DNA of 64,000 bases, from contig OZ024742.1 in the NCBI GenBank assembly GCA_964016885.1, positions 321,160,001-321,224,000 on the forward strand, in the 5' to 3' direction. The stretch is from Eledone cirrhosa. Its lineage: Eukaryota. The notes under the pieces were generated by a model, which was not told the origin of the DNA, did no database searches, and saw only the letters and a program-made list of their open reading frames with translations. Each line of letters starts with the position of its first letter. The first letter of the stretch is position 1. This document shows, piece by piece, positions 13,855 through 29,949 of this stretch. A program made the position numbers and the translations under genes.

Positions 13855-14320
13855 CGTCATCATCATCACCATCACCATCGTCATTAACATCATCATCACC
13901 ATCACCATCGCCATTAACATCATCATCACCATCACCATCGTCATTAACATCATCATCACCATCACCATCGCCATTAACATCACCATCACCATCGTCATTA
14001 ACATCATCATCACCATCACCATCGTCATTAACATCATCATCACCATCACCATCGCCATTAACATCATCATCACCATCACCATCGCCATTAACATCATCAT
14101 CACCATCACCATCGCCATTAACATCATCATCACCATCACCATCGTCATTAACATCATCATCACCATCACCATCGCCATTAACATCATCATCACCATCACC
14201 ATCGCCATTAACATCATCATCACCATCACCATCGCCATTAACATCATCATCACCATCACCATCGTCATTAACATCATCATCATCACCATCGTCATTAACA
14301 TCATCATCATCACCATCATA
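13855..14320. repeat. 30-bp minisatellite (CATCATCATCACCATCACCATCGYCATTAA)n
   Basis: About 15 tandem copies. Confidence 0.95.
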
Positions 14321-14584
14321 TCGTCATTATCATCATCATCATCATCATCATCATTCGCATCAACAGCAGCAGCCAGCGGTGGTGGCGTAGGATGCAGTAT
14401 CACTCTTATTTTCGACATCAATCGCGTCATTATTATAACTATCATCATCGTTTTCGTCACCCCCCCCCTCTCTCTCTCTCTCTCTCCCCTCTCTCTCTCT
14501 CTATCTCTCTCTATCTTTCTACCCCATTGTCATCAACTGCATCGTTATCATTATCATCCTTTTCGTTGTCGTCTTCATCCTCAA

Positions 14585-14740
14585 CATCACCATCAGCATT
14601 ACCATCATCAATATCATCATCATCATTATCAGCGTCAACATTACCATCATCAATATCATCATCATCATCATCATTATCAGCGTCAACATTACCATCATCA
14701 ATACCATCATCATCATCATCATGACCATCACCATCTTCAT
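14585..14740. repeat. (CAT)n-derived minisatellite
   Basis: Repeated TTATCAGCGTCAACATTACCATCATCAATA. Confidence 0.85.
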
Positions 14741-14851
14741 CCATTCAAATCACAGATGTGTGTATTTATTTCCCTATATTTGACATCAAATATTTACTGA
14801 CAAATATCTGAGCCCATGAAGAAAAATACAACTTAAATGACATAATTATTA

Positions 14852-15252
14852 ATTGGTTTCTAATATAGGCACAAGGCCAGTAATTTGAAGGAGGAGTGGA
14901 AAGTCGATTAAATCGACCTCAGTGCATTACTGGTGCTTTATTTTATCGACCCTGTAAGGATGAAAGGCAAAGTTAACCTCGGCGGGATTTGAATTCAGAC
15001 CGTAAAGCGGCGTAACTCTATGCGTCAAAGCATGGCGTCCACCCCTCTACCGATACTGCCAATCCACCGCCCTTAATTGTTAATAATTGTTTGTACTTTT
15101 TGGCACAAGGCCAGCAATTACCCAGTACATTACTGGTACTTTATTTTATCGACCCCGTAAGGATGAAAGGCAAAGTTAACCTCGGCAGGATTTGAACTCA
15201 GAATGGAAAGGGCCGTAACTCTACCGACCCTCTACCCGTACTGCCAATCCAC
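14852..15252 (-). mobile_element. Two tandem SINE S1 copies
   Basis: S1 conserved blocks occur twice; head ends CTGCCAATCCACCGCC. Confidence 0.85.
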
Positions 15253-16009
15253 AACGGCCCAAGACTTTGGGTAAAATATAAGAACAAATTACAATACAAA
15301 GTGGGGTTTATTTCGAGTAAAACCACTAAATGTGACAATAAATCTCCCCCAGGAAAATTCCCCTGTAGTAGGAAAGACCCACACAAATTCTCGTATTACC
15401 ATTTAAAAGTGTCCTCTCTCGGTTTCTTTTCTTCCAATTATAGAAAAGCAAAGCATAATCATGATAAGCCCATTGAGTTCGTCAATTTCGCCGCTCTCAC
15501 CCACCTTTCAGGAAATACTCAAGAAGGCAGAATCTTCATCTCCACTTTCACCTTCTTCTGTAAGAGGTACCTGAAGAAGTTAATGAAGGTTTGGCCGGAA
15601 ACTAAATTTCCTGTTCATTTTTTAAAAGGCGGATGAATTTAAGGAGGATAGCCCGAGTGAGTGGGACTACTCTATGCATGCACCTGTTGACTGAAGCGTG
15701 TAGAGAGAGAATAGGGGCACTTTTCCGTTGTGGTTTTGGTGTTAAGGATTGTTTTGGAGCCGTGGGTTTCGAAATGAGCTCTGGGTGATACTTCCCCCTA
15801 TTGGGGATTTCTTTTTGTGCCGAATTTTTCGTTGTTAATTGTTAGGTGTTATCATTGTTTACACACTTTTATATGCAAACCCCCACTATCCCTGTCTTTT
15901 GTATTGTCTGCAATGTTTTCAGCTCTAGAGTTCAATAAAGAAATCATGATTATTATTCGTATTATAGTTGTTGTTATTATTATTATTTATCATTATTATT
16001 ATTGGATTA

Positions 16010-16130
16010 TCTGAGTTCAAATCCCGCTGAGGTTGACTTTGCCTTTCATCCTTACGGGGTCGATAAAATAAAGTACCAGTAATGCACTGTGTAATTGCTA
16101 GCCTTGTGCCTAAAGTAGAAACAATTATTA
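16010..16130 (+). mobile_element. SINE S1 fragment
   Basis: CTGAGTTCAAATCCCGCTGAGGTTGACTTTGCCTTTCATCC... Confidence 0.8.
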
Positions 16131-16479
16131 TTATTGTTGTTTTTACTATTACTATTATTCATAACAAAGAAATATACTCCATTATCATTGCCATTGCTAA
16201 AACAATATGGCAATATTAATATTGACATAACTATAAAATATTTGAAGTTCTTATAAAACACAATTATATACCGTCAATAACAACAATATTTCCTTTTCCC
16301 ACACTTTTTCAATAGCTTTAGAAAGTCAAATGGCTCTAATCAATCAGTTCATCATCATGACCATCATTACCACCATTGCTACCACCCCCACCATTTTCAC
16401 CCCATCACTTCCAGTGCCAGTCACCATATTCAGTGCCACCACTAACACCATTTCCAACACACCACCAGCATCATCAATA

Positions 16480-16680
16480 CTACCACCACAATTGTCACCA
16501 CCACCACTACTACAACCTCTACCACTACCACCACAATTGTCACCACCACCACCACCACTACTACAATCTCTACCACTACCACCACAATTGTCACCACCAC
16601 CACCACCACTACTACAACCTCTACCACTACCACCACAATTGTCACCACCACCACCACCACTACTACAACCGCAATCCCCA
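16480..16680. repeat. ~42-bp (ACC/ACT)-rich minisatellite
   Basis: CCACCACAATTGTCACCACCACC..CTACTACAACCTCTACCACTA repeated about 4 times. Confidence 0.9.
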
Positions 16681-16900
16681 CCTCCACCACTTGCACCACC
16701 ACCGTTATCATTATTATTACCCTCAACGTCATCATCAACAACATTGTTGTCGTCTTTGTTTACCATGAACGGACACCTGAAAAAGAAATCCCGAAACAAA
16801 AAAAATGAATTTTACCTTAATTGTTAGATGAAAGAAAATCGGCTTTCTTTTTATTCTTTTTACAAACTTCAGCTCATTTGAAAGTCTACCCACATCACTC

Positions 16901-17030
16901 TGGCGGTGAATTGGCAGAGTCGTTAGAACATCAGATAGAATGCTTTATGTTATTCGTTCCGGCTGTCTGCTCTTTGAGTTCAAATCCCGAAAGAGGTAGA
17001 TAAAAAAAGTACCAGTCTAGTACTGGGATC
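16901..17030 (+). mobile_element. Degenerate SINE S1
   Basis: TGGCGGTGAATTGGCAGAGTCGTTAGA...GAGTTCAAATCCC. Confidence 0.6.
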
Positions 17031-17559
17031 TATTCTTCCTCTATATATCTTTTTCATTTCCCCTCTCTTACTTTCTATCTTTCTCTGGAAGAAATCTGCT
17101 GTACTCAGTCCTGGAGAGGGATGGGCTCCACCAGGTTTAAAATGCCCAAGAAATGCCTATGTCAATATGGCGCCCCTATGACTTTATCAAGAGTTACGGG
17201 ACCATCCATCCATCCAGTATAACATATATTGTTAACATTCGTTATGGTTTGCTTATTAGTGTTTAATATGGCTTACTTTGAGATAGAGAGATGAAGTGTT
17301 AACTACAAAGGTAGCTGAGAAAACGTCCTCATTTTTTATTTTTGTTCGTTTGCTGCTGTTGTTTTTTAAACGTGAAAACTGATTTACAGTAAGGGTAAAC
17401 AGAAAATATCTTAACATTGACTCTTCTGGGTTACGAATCACTATGGGATTTGTACCTAGAAAGTTCCCCTCTGAGAGACAAGCCCGAACAAGGTGTTTTT
17501 GTGGAAGGCCAGGAGACATACATGCATAGCAGTCGCCCCTCTCCACTCCACTCTACCGA

Positions 17560-17760
17560 TATTGTCCAAGGGAAAGTAATTGGTCGATATAGCTAGGCAC
17601 CAGTAACGTCGCAACTCATTCTTCCAGCTGAGTGAACTGGAGCAACATGAAATAAAGTATCTTACTCAAGGACATAATGCATCACCCGGTTCAGGAATCG
17701 AACTCCCAACCTCACGATTGTGAGGCCAACGCTCTAACCACTAAGCTACGAGCCTTCACA
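17560..17760 (-). mobile_element. SINE type S2
   Basis: GCAACATGAAATAAAGTATCTTACTCAAGG...GGAATCGAACTC..GCCTTCAC. Confidence 0.75.
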
Positions 17761-17769
17761 CTGCTTTCA

Positions 17770-18165
17770 CGGATTTCCGTAACTCTCTGTCGCCATCCAA
17801 TTCTGTTGTTCATCATATTCAGCAGGTTAGAGAGATTGCAATTTATGTCGTCACAAATCTGCTTGTTATAGGTGTTGGCTCTGCTAACTATTCCTTGAGT
17901 AAGAAAGAATTTCACTGAAAATTTCGTCTTTAGCTCTCCAGCAATGCCCTGCGAATCTGACTAGGCTCTTTGATGATGTCTGATACTGGACAATGATTCC
18001 CATACAATCACTCTTTGGTCAGACGATCTCTCCAATGACATTCAAAGCCCTTCTTTGCATGCGAGTATAGGCTCCAACCGAGTATAGGCTCCAATCGATC
18101 TTCTTTCTAGTTTTGGGGTAAGGGTCCATGCTGAGCAGCCATACAATAGAATAGAGGTAACAGAT
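17770..18165 (-). pseudogene. RTE-clade LINE RT C-terminal relic
   Basis: Minus-strand SILLYGCSAWTLT, AYTRMQRRALNV and RFAGHCWRAKDE across frames. Confidence 0.75.
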
Positions 18166-18588
18166 GCTTGAAGAGCTTCCTTTTCCTGATGATATATATA
18201 TATATATATATAATAAAAGTAACGAAGGTCGCTGGTATAAATTCAGCGTCCTTGGCTCACTCAATGGATCTGGTGAATTGCAGTAATGCAGCTGCAATGA
18301 ACTGTTCAGAGTGCACACATTTAGTTAATAGCAAATACGTTGGCTGTGTTTATGTAGAAATACAAGTAAATATCTCATCTCCTGGGCGACGTCGTTTCTG
18401 TGTAATATAACTTCGCAAATGCAGATATTACGTCCGCAATTTTCAAAAAACCACGCAAAATCAGCGGATATTTACGTAATCGAGCTATTACACGTCTTCG
18501 GCAGGTTGCCCAAATCATACGATACGTGCAGTGTGAGTTAGCCATCACTACTGGATAAGCTATCTAGCAGTTCACGGACACACATACT

Positions 18589-18620
<32 letters not shown>

Positions 18621-19888
18621 TGTATGTATGTATGTATGTATGTATGTATGTATGTGTGTGTGTGTGTATGTGTGTGTGTGTATGAGCGTGTATGTCCATG
18701 TTTATTGTTTGTTTGTGCCTCATAATTTAGTGTCTCGATAGAAAATATATCGATAAACGCGTGCCAGGCCTGAAATAAAAAGTATTTGGGTCGATATGAT
18801 CGACTTAAATCCCTTCAAAACGATGCAGGTGATACTGCTATACGTAGACTCTTACAGGTTTTGCGGGAGAAGACCCTTTCGATCTCCAGAGCGTGATAAT
18901 CAATAGAACATGTACCATGCCACGTATTCCTCAGCATCTCCTTCAATTCTTCCATTGAAAGATATATTTTGTTTATATATTTATATATATATATTTTTTT
19001 TCACATTCTTAAGGTATATATAGACAATGCATATATATCACCGCTTGACATATCTTACGCTCTTTCATAATTATATATACCTAAATAAGATCTATATTCA
19101 CGCATAATTATTTATATACTAAATAAATTTTTTTTAATAACGACATACAATAATGTCTTGTACTATAATACATTATATTTACAACTGCACTCATCTTTAA
19201 TAAATTAATAGTTCTCAATTTAATAAATTAATAGTTCTCAATTTAATTCATTACTTTAAAATTGTTACCTAAATATTATAAATACTTCCATATTCTTAAA
19301 ATATATTATAAAATTAAATAAATAAATATAATTACTTCATATCTACCCATGTAGATATGTTTGGGTGTATATATGCATATTTCTATAAATAATCCTAAAT
19401 TAACATAACATTTTTTTTTTTTTATTTAATAGCAAACCCTTTTTAAAAAATAATTTAGATAAATATTTAAAATCTGTCTAGCGTCTAAACTTAACGGTCC
19501 TTTTCAGTTTTAACGTTATCCTCATTTGCATATTTCCCCTGAGTTTTGAAAAATTATATTCACAATTCGGTGCCCCAACATGGCCTCAGCCGGATGGCTG
19601 GAACAGGTAAAAGAGTAAAAGAGTAAAAGAGTATATTAAATGAACTTATAACAAGAAGTTCACATAAAGATATGTCACTATCTTTACACCAATTATTGTA
19701 TTTTATCTTACGAAAGCGTACTAAAATATTTGTACCCTTGAAATACGTATAATAAAATAAATATGGTTTTATAAAGATATTTTCCATTTATTAATATTAT
19801 TGATATTATATATCGTGGGACTGAACCCGAAACCACGTGCAAACTTCTTAAGCCTACAGTCATGCTATAGATACATATATACATTCAA

Positions 19889-19972
<84 letters not shown>

Positions 19973-20249
19973 ACATATATACATACAGACATATATATAT
20001 ATATAATGTACATATGTTTTGTATAATAATCCGCTAATTATATCGTGTAATTATTTTATGTAATTTTAAAAGGTTTAATACGTCTTTTATTGTATAACGG
20101 CTTTGCTCCACCGAACGCGTATATTTTTTATATACAATTTGTTTGTACACATCCCCACACGTTTCCTTTGTATCCCATTTGTAACAAGTCTATTATTATA
20201 GACTTGAATGGGACCCTATAGGTGAGAAACTAAAAGAAATGACTAAAAG

Positions 20250-20285
20250 TATTATTATTATTATCATTAAAATTATTATTATTAT

Positions 20286-20327
<42 letters not shown>

Positions 20328-20347
20328 CGGTGGTGTTGGTGGTGGTG

Positions 20348-20414
<67 letters not shown>

Positions 20415-20445
20415 CAGCAGCAGCAGGCGTCATCATCATCATCGT
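20250..20445. repeat. (ATT)/(TAG)/(GGT)/(CAG) trinucleotide compound repeat
   Basis: Visible in sequence. Confidence 0.95.
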
Positions 20446-21275
20446 TATCTGTTATCCTCACTGTTACTATTATTTTATTTATATTTATTATATTCATTAT
20501 TATATTCACTTATTTATATATTTAGTGTTTATAGTTATCCTTATCGATATCGATGTGGTGTGGCTATTTGCCATAAAGAAAATTGATACATTTTTAAACA
20601 GAAAAAATAGGGGTAAAAATAATAATAATATATATTGAAATCATTTTTTTTTTTTTTCTTTTCCGCCATTTTGCGATGGACTTCTTTTCGTTCATCGAGC
20701 TGTCGTTTGTCCTTTAATTGACGGTGATTAGCTTTTTTGTATACCACACCCACTGACCATTGAAGTCACGGCCCATTGTGATGGTCACCTAATGCACACA
20801 CAAATGTCGCTATACGTACGGATATAGACAATTGCGTGCACGTGTGGTGGCGTGTGTTTGTGTATGTGTATAGCCAGTGAAAGAGTGTGTTGTGTAAATG
20901 TAGATGATTCAGTGAATGAGAGTGTGCGTGCGCATACGAGTTTGTATATTTGTACTTGCTAGTCCATATGTTTTTCAATTTTAGTATATATATATATATA
21001 TATACATAGAAAAATGAAAAAACATATAGATATATAGATATATATAAAAACATATATACATACATATATATATAAACATTTATACATATATATATATATA
21101 TAAACATATATACATACACTCATATATATATATATCAATATGAACACACGTGTATATAATGTATGTATGTATGTATGTATGTATGTATATATGTATGTAG
21201 TTATGTATCCACATTGCATAAGCATGCGCTTACGTGTTAATCTATCCGGATTTTGTGAAAGCGTACATTATGATT

Positions 21276-21322
<47 letters not shown>

Positions 21323-21530
21323 GCACACAACCATTATATAGGTGTGACTGCGACCGTTAATCGTTCAATGTTTACCCAACACCACCTACAACAACATTAT
21401 TAATAATAGTAATAATAACTATCACTTCAGGCGACAATATCAAAAGCGGTAGAATAAACAAATAAACAAAAAAACTAAACAAATATACAAAACAATCTAT
21501 AGAAGATGGGTGAGGTGATTGAGCAAGTAA

Positions 21531-22223
<693 letters not shown>

Positions 22224-22680
22224 CTGCACGGGTATGAGACAATGCTAGTGGGTGAGACAACAGCAGAAAATATGGTGGTAGTATTGTGTTTAAGGGATTG
22301 TCACTTGCTTTATGTGCATTGATATTAGTTGTTGTGCTGTTGGTGTATTCTTTTGTTGTTGTTGTTGTTGTGTTGTATTTTTGTTGTTTTCTTTGTTTGT
22401 GTACTTTCAAAGATTAAACGATGGTTGCATAAAAGGCAAGAAAGACGCACGCCCGAACGCGATGGACATTAGACGTGGGTTTGTATATGGTGTGGACGTG
22501 GTGGTGGTCTCTGTGAGTGTGTAAGTGTAAAAATATATATATATGTATGTATATATATATAGAGAGAGAGAGTGTGTTTGGGTGTGAAACTGCACTGCCA
22601 GCAAGGTGACTGATGAGATAACGTTGTATTTATCTGTACTTGTTATATATATATATATATATATATGTGTTTGTGTGTGT

Positions 22681-22740
<60 letters not shown>

Positions 22741-22742
<2 letters not shown>

Positions 22743-22938
22743 TTCTTTTCACAAACGAGATATATCTATTCTTTATGATCCTGTCTCTATTTCTGTACTC
22801 CTGAAGAAGGGATAAAGCCCGACACGTCGAACATTATTTCCCCCTTTTCCATATAAAGCGTAAAACTAATAAGACTTTTGTACCTTTGTTTTGTCGTTTC
22901 CTTGAACTATATATATATATATATAGTTCAAGGAAACG

Positions 22939-22945
<7 letters not shown>
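22741..22945 (+). mobile_element. PLE pLTR remnant with a degenerate hammerhead
   Basis: CUGAAGA A GGG AUAAAG CCC GACA CG UC (GAAA to GACA) at 22801; terminal mini-inversion GTCGTTTCCTTGAAC(TA)nGTTCAAGGAAACGAC. Confidence 0.6.
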
Positions 22946-23019
<74 letters not shown>

Positions 23020-23030
23020 GTATATATATT

Positions 23031-23094
<64 letters not shown>

Positions 23095-24162
23095 GTATAG
23101 GATTATCCAAGATGTAGTAATGGTTAATTACTACACTGGATATGGTTGACGTACGGTAAGAGGTTACTCTACGAGTTATGGAAGAATTGTTCAAGAAACT
23201 TAGTTCCTGATCCTTCAGTATTCCGGAGTGTATATAAAGAATGAATAATAACAGGTAGACATCATAAAAAGGTAATTTATATATACACACACACATACAC
23301 ACGCGCGAAAGGATGAATAAAACAAGTCAGTAATAGCTGAAGTCAAACTTCAGATTATGATATATAAATGCATCTGTTATATATAGATAATGGTAATTAA
23401 ACAAGGTGTTTCACTACTTGCTTTTTCCCCCCATATATTTTGCTTGCATTTGTAGAAACGTGCTGAAGAATACAATCAGTATTTCAAAACTTATAGCTAC
23501 GCTAAAATAGTATATACAAAGCTCAAATATAGAGAATTATATATGACTAGCAGAAAAACCACCTGAAAGGTGGTTTTCTGCTAGCATGTGTAGTGTGCAT
23601 ATTGATATTATACGCAAGTATATATACATGTAGATATGATACATCAAATAAAATCGTAATTGACAATATACACAGAAATATAAATTGGAGTAGTATATAA
23701 ATTGGAGTGAAGAAAAGGTATATGTTTTTAGGGAGAAAATCTTTGGAAATGCAGATATATACACAGAGCAAATATAATTAAATATAGATGGAAATATTAG
23801 CTTTTCATCATTGTTAATTCTTCGGAGGATTAAGACAAAACATATTAAACTGAAGCAGAATATATCCGAAATCCAATTTCCACGTTACACAGGACGGTGG
23901 ACATTTCAAGTCATGTTTAGTCATTCATTGTGCCAATGGGTGGACTTGAGATGTCCCTCATCCTGTGTAACGAGGGTATTTAATATGTTTTTTTTTTATG
24001 GAGAAGTGTAAATACTTATATATAATTTTGTATGTATAGAACTTTATTATACGAATTTTCACCTAACATTATTCAAATAATTTCATCCACAACTCTCTTG
24101 AAAGATATATAAGGAATTAAAAACGATTTAAAAGCTAATTTTTCCATATGTATATTTGATAT

Positions 24163-24248
<86 letters not shown>

Positions 24249-24370
24249 TTGTATATACTGTGTTATTTCTTCTACCTTTTAAAAGTTTCCCCACTATGTA
24301 TTTTTCTGTACATATACGTATATATATATATATAGTTGAAAATTGCAAACTCGACTGTCACCACATATCA

Positions 24371-24409
24371 TGAACCTGAAGATTGCGAAAGCATGAAAGT
24401 ACTTGTTCA
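24371..24409 (+). ncRNA. Minimal type I hammerhead ribozyme
   Basis: UGAAC CUGAAGA U UGC GAAA GCA U GAAA GUAC UU GUUCA. Confidence 0.75.
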
Positions 24410-24888
24410 ATTAACACTTAGAATTCTATCATACTATTTCATTATAATACCATATTATATATATTTTAAAGGATTGTAAATAAAACGAGTAAATCAGACA
24501 AAGTTGGAATTCCTCTTATTAATATAATCTTCTATACACAATCATACACACCCGTGTATATTTACCTATCTATATCTATATCTATATATATATATATTAA
24601 TATATATATATATGCATGCATGTATGTAAACATATATGTATATATACATATATATATATGTGTGTGTGTATGTAAGTATGAAGGGATGGAGGGACGGGAC
24701 ATGAGCATTATGAAACAGTGTTCTCTAAAGATTTACGTAAATATTCCAAGTGCCTGATGATCAGTGTGCTACTTACACTCGAGAATTGAATGAGTAGATA
24801 GTTCCGTTGATCGAACAACTGGGACACTGACCTGCTCTTTTATATAAATGACTGAATGTTCAATGATGTATGTATGTGTGTGTATATG

Positions 24889-24965
<77 letters not shown>

Positions 24966-25087
24966 TTGTATATACTGTGTTATTTCTTCTACCCTTTAAA
25001 AGTTTCCCCACTATGTATTTTTCTGTACATATACGTATATATATATATATAGTTGAAAATTGCAAACTCGACTGTCACCACATATCA

Positions 25088-25126
25088 TGAACCTGAAGAT
25101 TGCGAAAGCATGAAAGTACTTGTTCA
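25088..25126 (+). ncRNA. Minimal type I hammerhead ribozyme (second copy)
   Basis: Identical to 24371-24409. Confidence 0.75.
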
Positions 25127-25605
25127 ATTAACACTTAGAATTCTATCATACTATTTCATTATAATACCATATTATATATATTTTAAAGGATTGTAAATAA
25201 AACGAGTAAATCAGACAAAGTTGGAATTCCTCTTATTAATATAATCTTCTATACACAATCATACACACCCGTGTATATTTACCTATCTATATCTATATCT
25301 ATATATATATATATTAATATATATATATATGCATGCATGTATGTAAACATATATGTATATATACATATATATATATGTGTGTGTGTATGTAAGTATGAAG
25401 GGATGGAGGGACGGGACATGAGCATTATGAAACAGTGTTCTCTAAAGATTTACGTAAATATTCCAAGTGCCTGATGATCAGTGTGCTACTTACACTCGAG
25501 AATTGAATGAGTAGATAGTTCCGTTGATCGAACAACTGGGACACTGACCTGCTCTTTTATATAAATGACTGAATGTTCAATGATGTATGTATGTGTGTGT
25601 ATATG

Positions 25606-25698
<93 letters not shown>

Positions 25699-25702
<4 letters not shown>

Positions 25703-25915
25703 GGTGTGGCTGAATGGTTAGAGAATTAGATTCGCAATCGCGAGGTTGTGAGTTCGATTTCCGGACCAGGCGATGCGTTATGTCCATGGACAAGACATTT
25801 TATTTCACGTTGCTCCTTTTACCTGGAGTTGCGACCGATAGATAGTATTAGCAATTGGAAAGATCAATGGAAACATTATTTTGACGGTCCGATTTGACGA
25901 AAGTCGATCGACTAT
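25699..25915 (+). mobile_element. SINE type S2
   Basis: Close match to 11698-11912. Confidence 0.85.
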
Positions 25916-25930
25916 CGATATATATATATA

Positions 25931-27484
25931 TCAGCTAGAAATTGATTGACATATATATATATATATTTAAAATAAACATATGAAACAATCACAGGGAATA
26001 ATTTGTAAAAGTGTGTAAGCACACATAGCTAGGTAGGTAACCAATTAAAGTTTAACTAGAACTTTAAAAATAGATACTTTATAAATTGATTAATCTTCCT
26101 TGTATATATTTCATTAAAGAAATATATTTCATCATTAATCGATCGGTAAACCACAGTAGCCACATTCCGGATTTTCAACAAGGGAGAAGATCTAACTATC
26201 TGTGTTTATACAGCAAATTCAAATCTGCGAATGAATAGTAGTACGTGTTGTATTTTTAAAAAAGACACACATCGTACCAGCTTCATCCCAGTGGCGTGAG
26301 TAGGGTTATCGACAACTAGAAATAGCAGCCGAGTCCTTTCAACTGAGTTAGCTCTACAATTAAGGGGCCCTGTATATATCCAAAATTAAATTAAGGGTGT
26401 CATGTCAGAGAGACATGCGCCATATCCACTGTAGAATATACTCCAAGATGATAGATCCGAGCATTTTATATCAGCTAGAAATTGATTGACATATATATAT
26501 ATCTAAAATAAACATATGAAATAATCACATGGAATAATTTGTAAAAGTGTGTAAGCACACATAGCTAGGTAAGTAACCAATTAAGGTTTAACTAGAACTT
26601 TAAAAATAGATACCTTATAAATTGATTAATCTTCCTTGTATATATTTCATTAAAGAAATATATTTCACCATTAATCGATGGGTAAACCACAGTAGCCAAA
26701 TTCCGGATTTTCAACAAATTCAAATCTGCGAATGACTAGTAGCACGTGTTGCATTTTTTAAAAATACACACATCGTACCAGCTTGTTTCATATGTTTATT
26801 TTAGATATATATATTATGTCAATCAATTTCTAGTTGATATAAAATGCTTGGATCTATTCATTGGAATCTTGGAGCATATTCTACAGTGGATATGGCGCAT
26901 GTCCCTCTGACATGACACCCTTAATTTAATTTTGGATATATACAGGGCCCCTTAATTGTAGAGCTAGCTCAGTTGAAAGGACTCGGCTGCTATTTCTAGT
27001 TGTCGATAACCCTACTCACGCCACTGAGATGAAGCTGGTACGATGTGTGTCTTTTTTAAAAATGCAACACATGCTACTAGTCATTCGCAGATTTGAATTT
27101 GCTGTGTAAACACAGATAGTTAGATCTTCTCCCTTGTTGAAAATCCGAAATTTGGCTACTGTGGTTTACCCATCGATTAATGGTGAAATATATTTCTTTA
27201 ATGAAATATATACAAGGAAGATTAATCAATTTATAAGGTATCTATTTTTAAAGTTCTAGTTAAACTTTAATTGGTTACCTACCTAGCTATGTGTGCTTAC
27301 ACACTTTTACAAATTATTCCCTGTGATTGTTTCATATGTTTATTTTAGATATATATATATATATGTCAATCAATTTCTAGTTGATATAAAATGTTCGGAT
27401 CTATTCATTGGAATCTTGGAGCATATTCAACAGTGGATATGGCGCATGTCTCTTCTCTTTGACATGACACACTTAATTTAATTT

Positions 27485-27485
<1 letters not shown>
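25931..27485. mobile_element. Tandem plus inverted non-coding element (family F, ~540-bp monomer)
   Basis: TCAGCTAGAAATTGATTGAC at 25931 and 26471; 26784-27485 is the reverse complement of the same unit; (TA)n flanks. Confidence 0.85.
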
Positions 27486-27560
<75 letters not shown>

Positions 27561-27563
<3 letters not shown>

Positions 27564-28677
27564 CTAGCAGCAGTACCCAGCGTTGCCTGGGTAGGTAAAA
27601 TAATATTTGCTTTGATGAAAAGGTGTTTATCTTAGCGACTGCTTCTCGGTGACTCATATATGGCCACACACAGGCCATGTGGGGAAGGGTGGTGATGACC
27701 TCTATCACTGAGAAATGCGGGTTACTGACGAAGAGGCATGCTGGGGGAAGGGAAGTAATGACCTCTAGCACTAAGCCAAATTTCCTCACGTTACTTGATT
27801 GGAAACCGTTGAATTCTCAAATATACAACTAAAAGCTCAGACGACGTAAGTGGCCATCGTTTTGCCTTTGACCATCAACTGGATAATTGGATGGAATTAT
27901 AGAATCGTAAACATCATTTGCAGCAAATGGTGAAAAGTTGAGTTGATTTGCTGCAAATGCTGAGAATTTAGAAGAATAAGATGTGCAATGATAGGTTCTA
28001 TCGTAGTATAAAAGTTGAACCAAATAAATTTATTTATGTGTGAGGTGGAGCCGAAGTTTCGAATTTGAACGAAATCGGTTGAAAGATTTTGGAGCTAGAG
28101 CCGAAAAGGCGGAAATTTGAGCGAAAAGGTGATATTTTCGAATATTTAAGCGGCTGCCACGCCGTTCATGAACAAAAAATCCAAAATGTAAAGACACTTT
28201 AAGACGTGAAATAATCAGATCTAGCGTAGTCTAAAATTTGAACAAAGTAGGGTGATTAATGTGGGAGCTAGAGCCGAAAAAGTGGAAATTTGAGTCTAAA
28301 AGTGGTATTTTTGAATATTTAAGCGGCTGTCACGCCGTCCCTGAACAACAAATGCAAAATATAAAGCCATTACAGGATGTACAATGATAAATTCTATTTT
28401 GCTTTAAAATTTGAACGAAATCGGTGGCAAAATGTGGGAGCTAGAGCCAAAGATCTTATTTTTCGATACCTAAAAAAAGGTGACCCCCCCTCCCTCCTAT
28501 CGATTTTTATCTGCGGAATGACCCCGGAATAAAAAAAAAACGATACGCTGATATATAGAAAACACTCCCCGATGACTAATCTATGAGCCTATAAAGTTTC
28601 ATGGAAACCAGTCGTAAGATGTAGGCCCTATAGGTAATACAGAGACACACAGACACACACACACACATACTTAATTT

Positions 28678-28685
<8 letters not shown>
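27561..28685 (+). mobile_element. Non-autonomous Helitron/Helentron-like element
   Basis: Start ACTAGC..TACCCAGCGTTGCCTGGGTA (hairpin) after (TA)n; ~180-bp internal subrepeats; end AAAGTTTCATGG..(ACAG/AC)n..TTTTATATA. Family assignment is from pattern memory. Confidence 0.55.

Positions 28686-29949
<1,264 letters not shown>

Larger units (their letters stand above)
24244..25677 (+). repeat. Head-to-tail duplication of a 717-bp hammerhead-containing unit
   Basis: 24244-24960 is almost identical to 24961-25677. Confidence 0.95.

Noticed and set aside
13705-14800. 251-aa and 333-aa ORFs; regular array resembling CRISPR
   Set aside because: A 30-bp minisatellite without unique spacers, with no cas genes and a eukaryotic context
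16330-16827. Extensin-like Pro-rich and Gly/Cys-rich ORFs
   Set aside because: They arise from a 42-bp ACC-rich minisatellite, with no splice or domain evidence
18822-18955. Minus-strand CUGAGGA...CGAAA hammerhead
   Set aside because: There is no valid NUH adjacent to a matching stem I
23460-23500. CUGAAGA hairpin (also 48895-48910 minus and 58092)
   Set aside because: GAAA or stems are missing; at most these are decayed remnants
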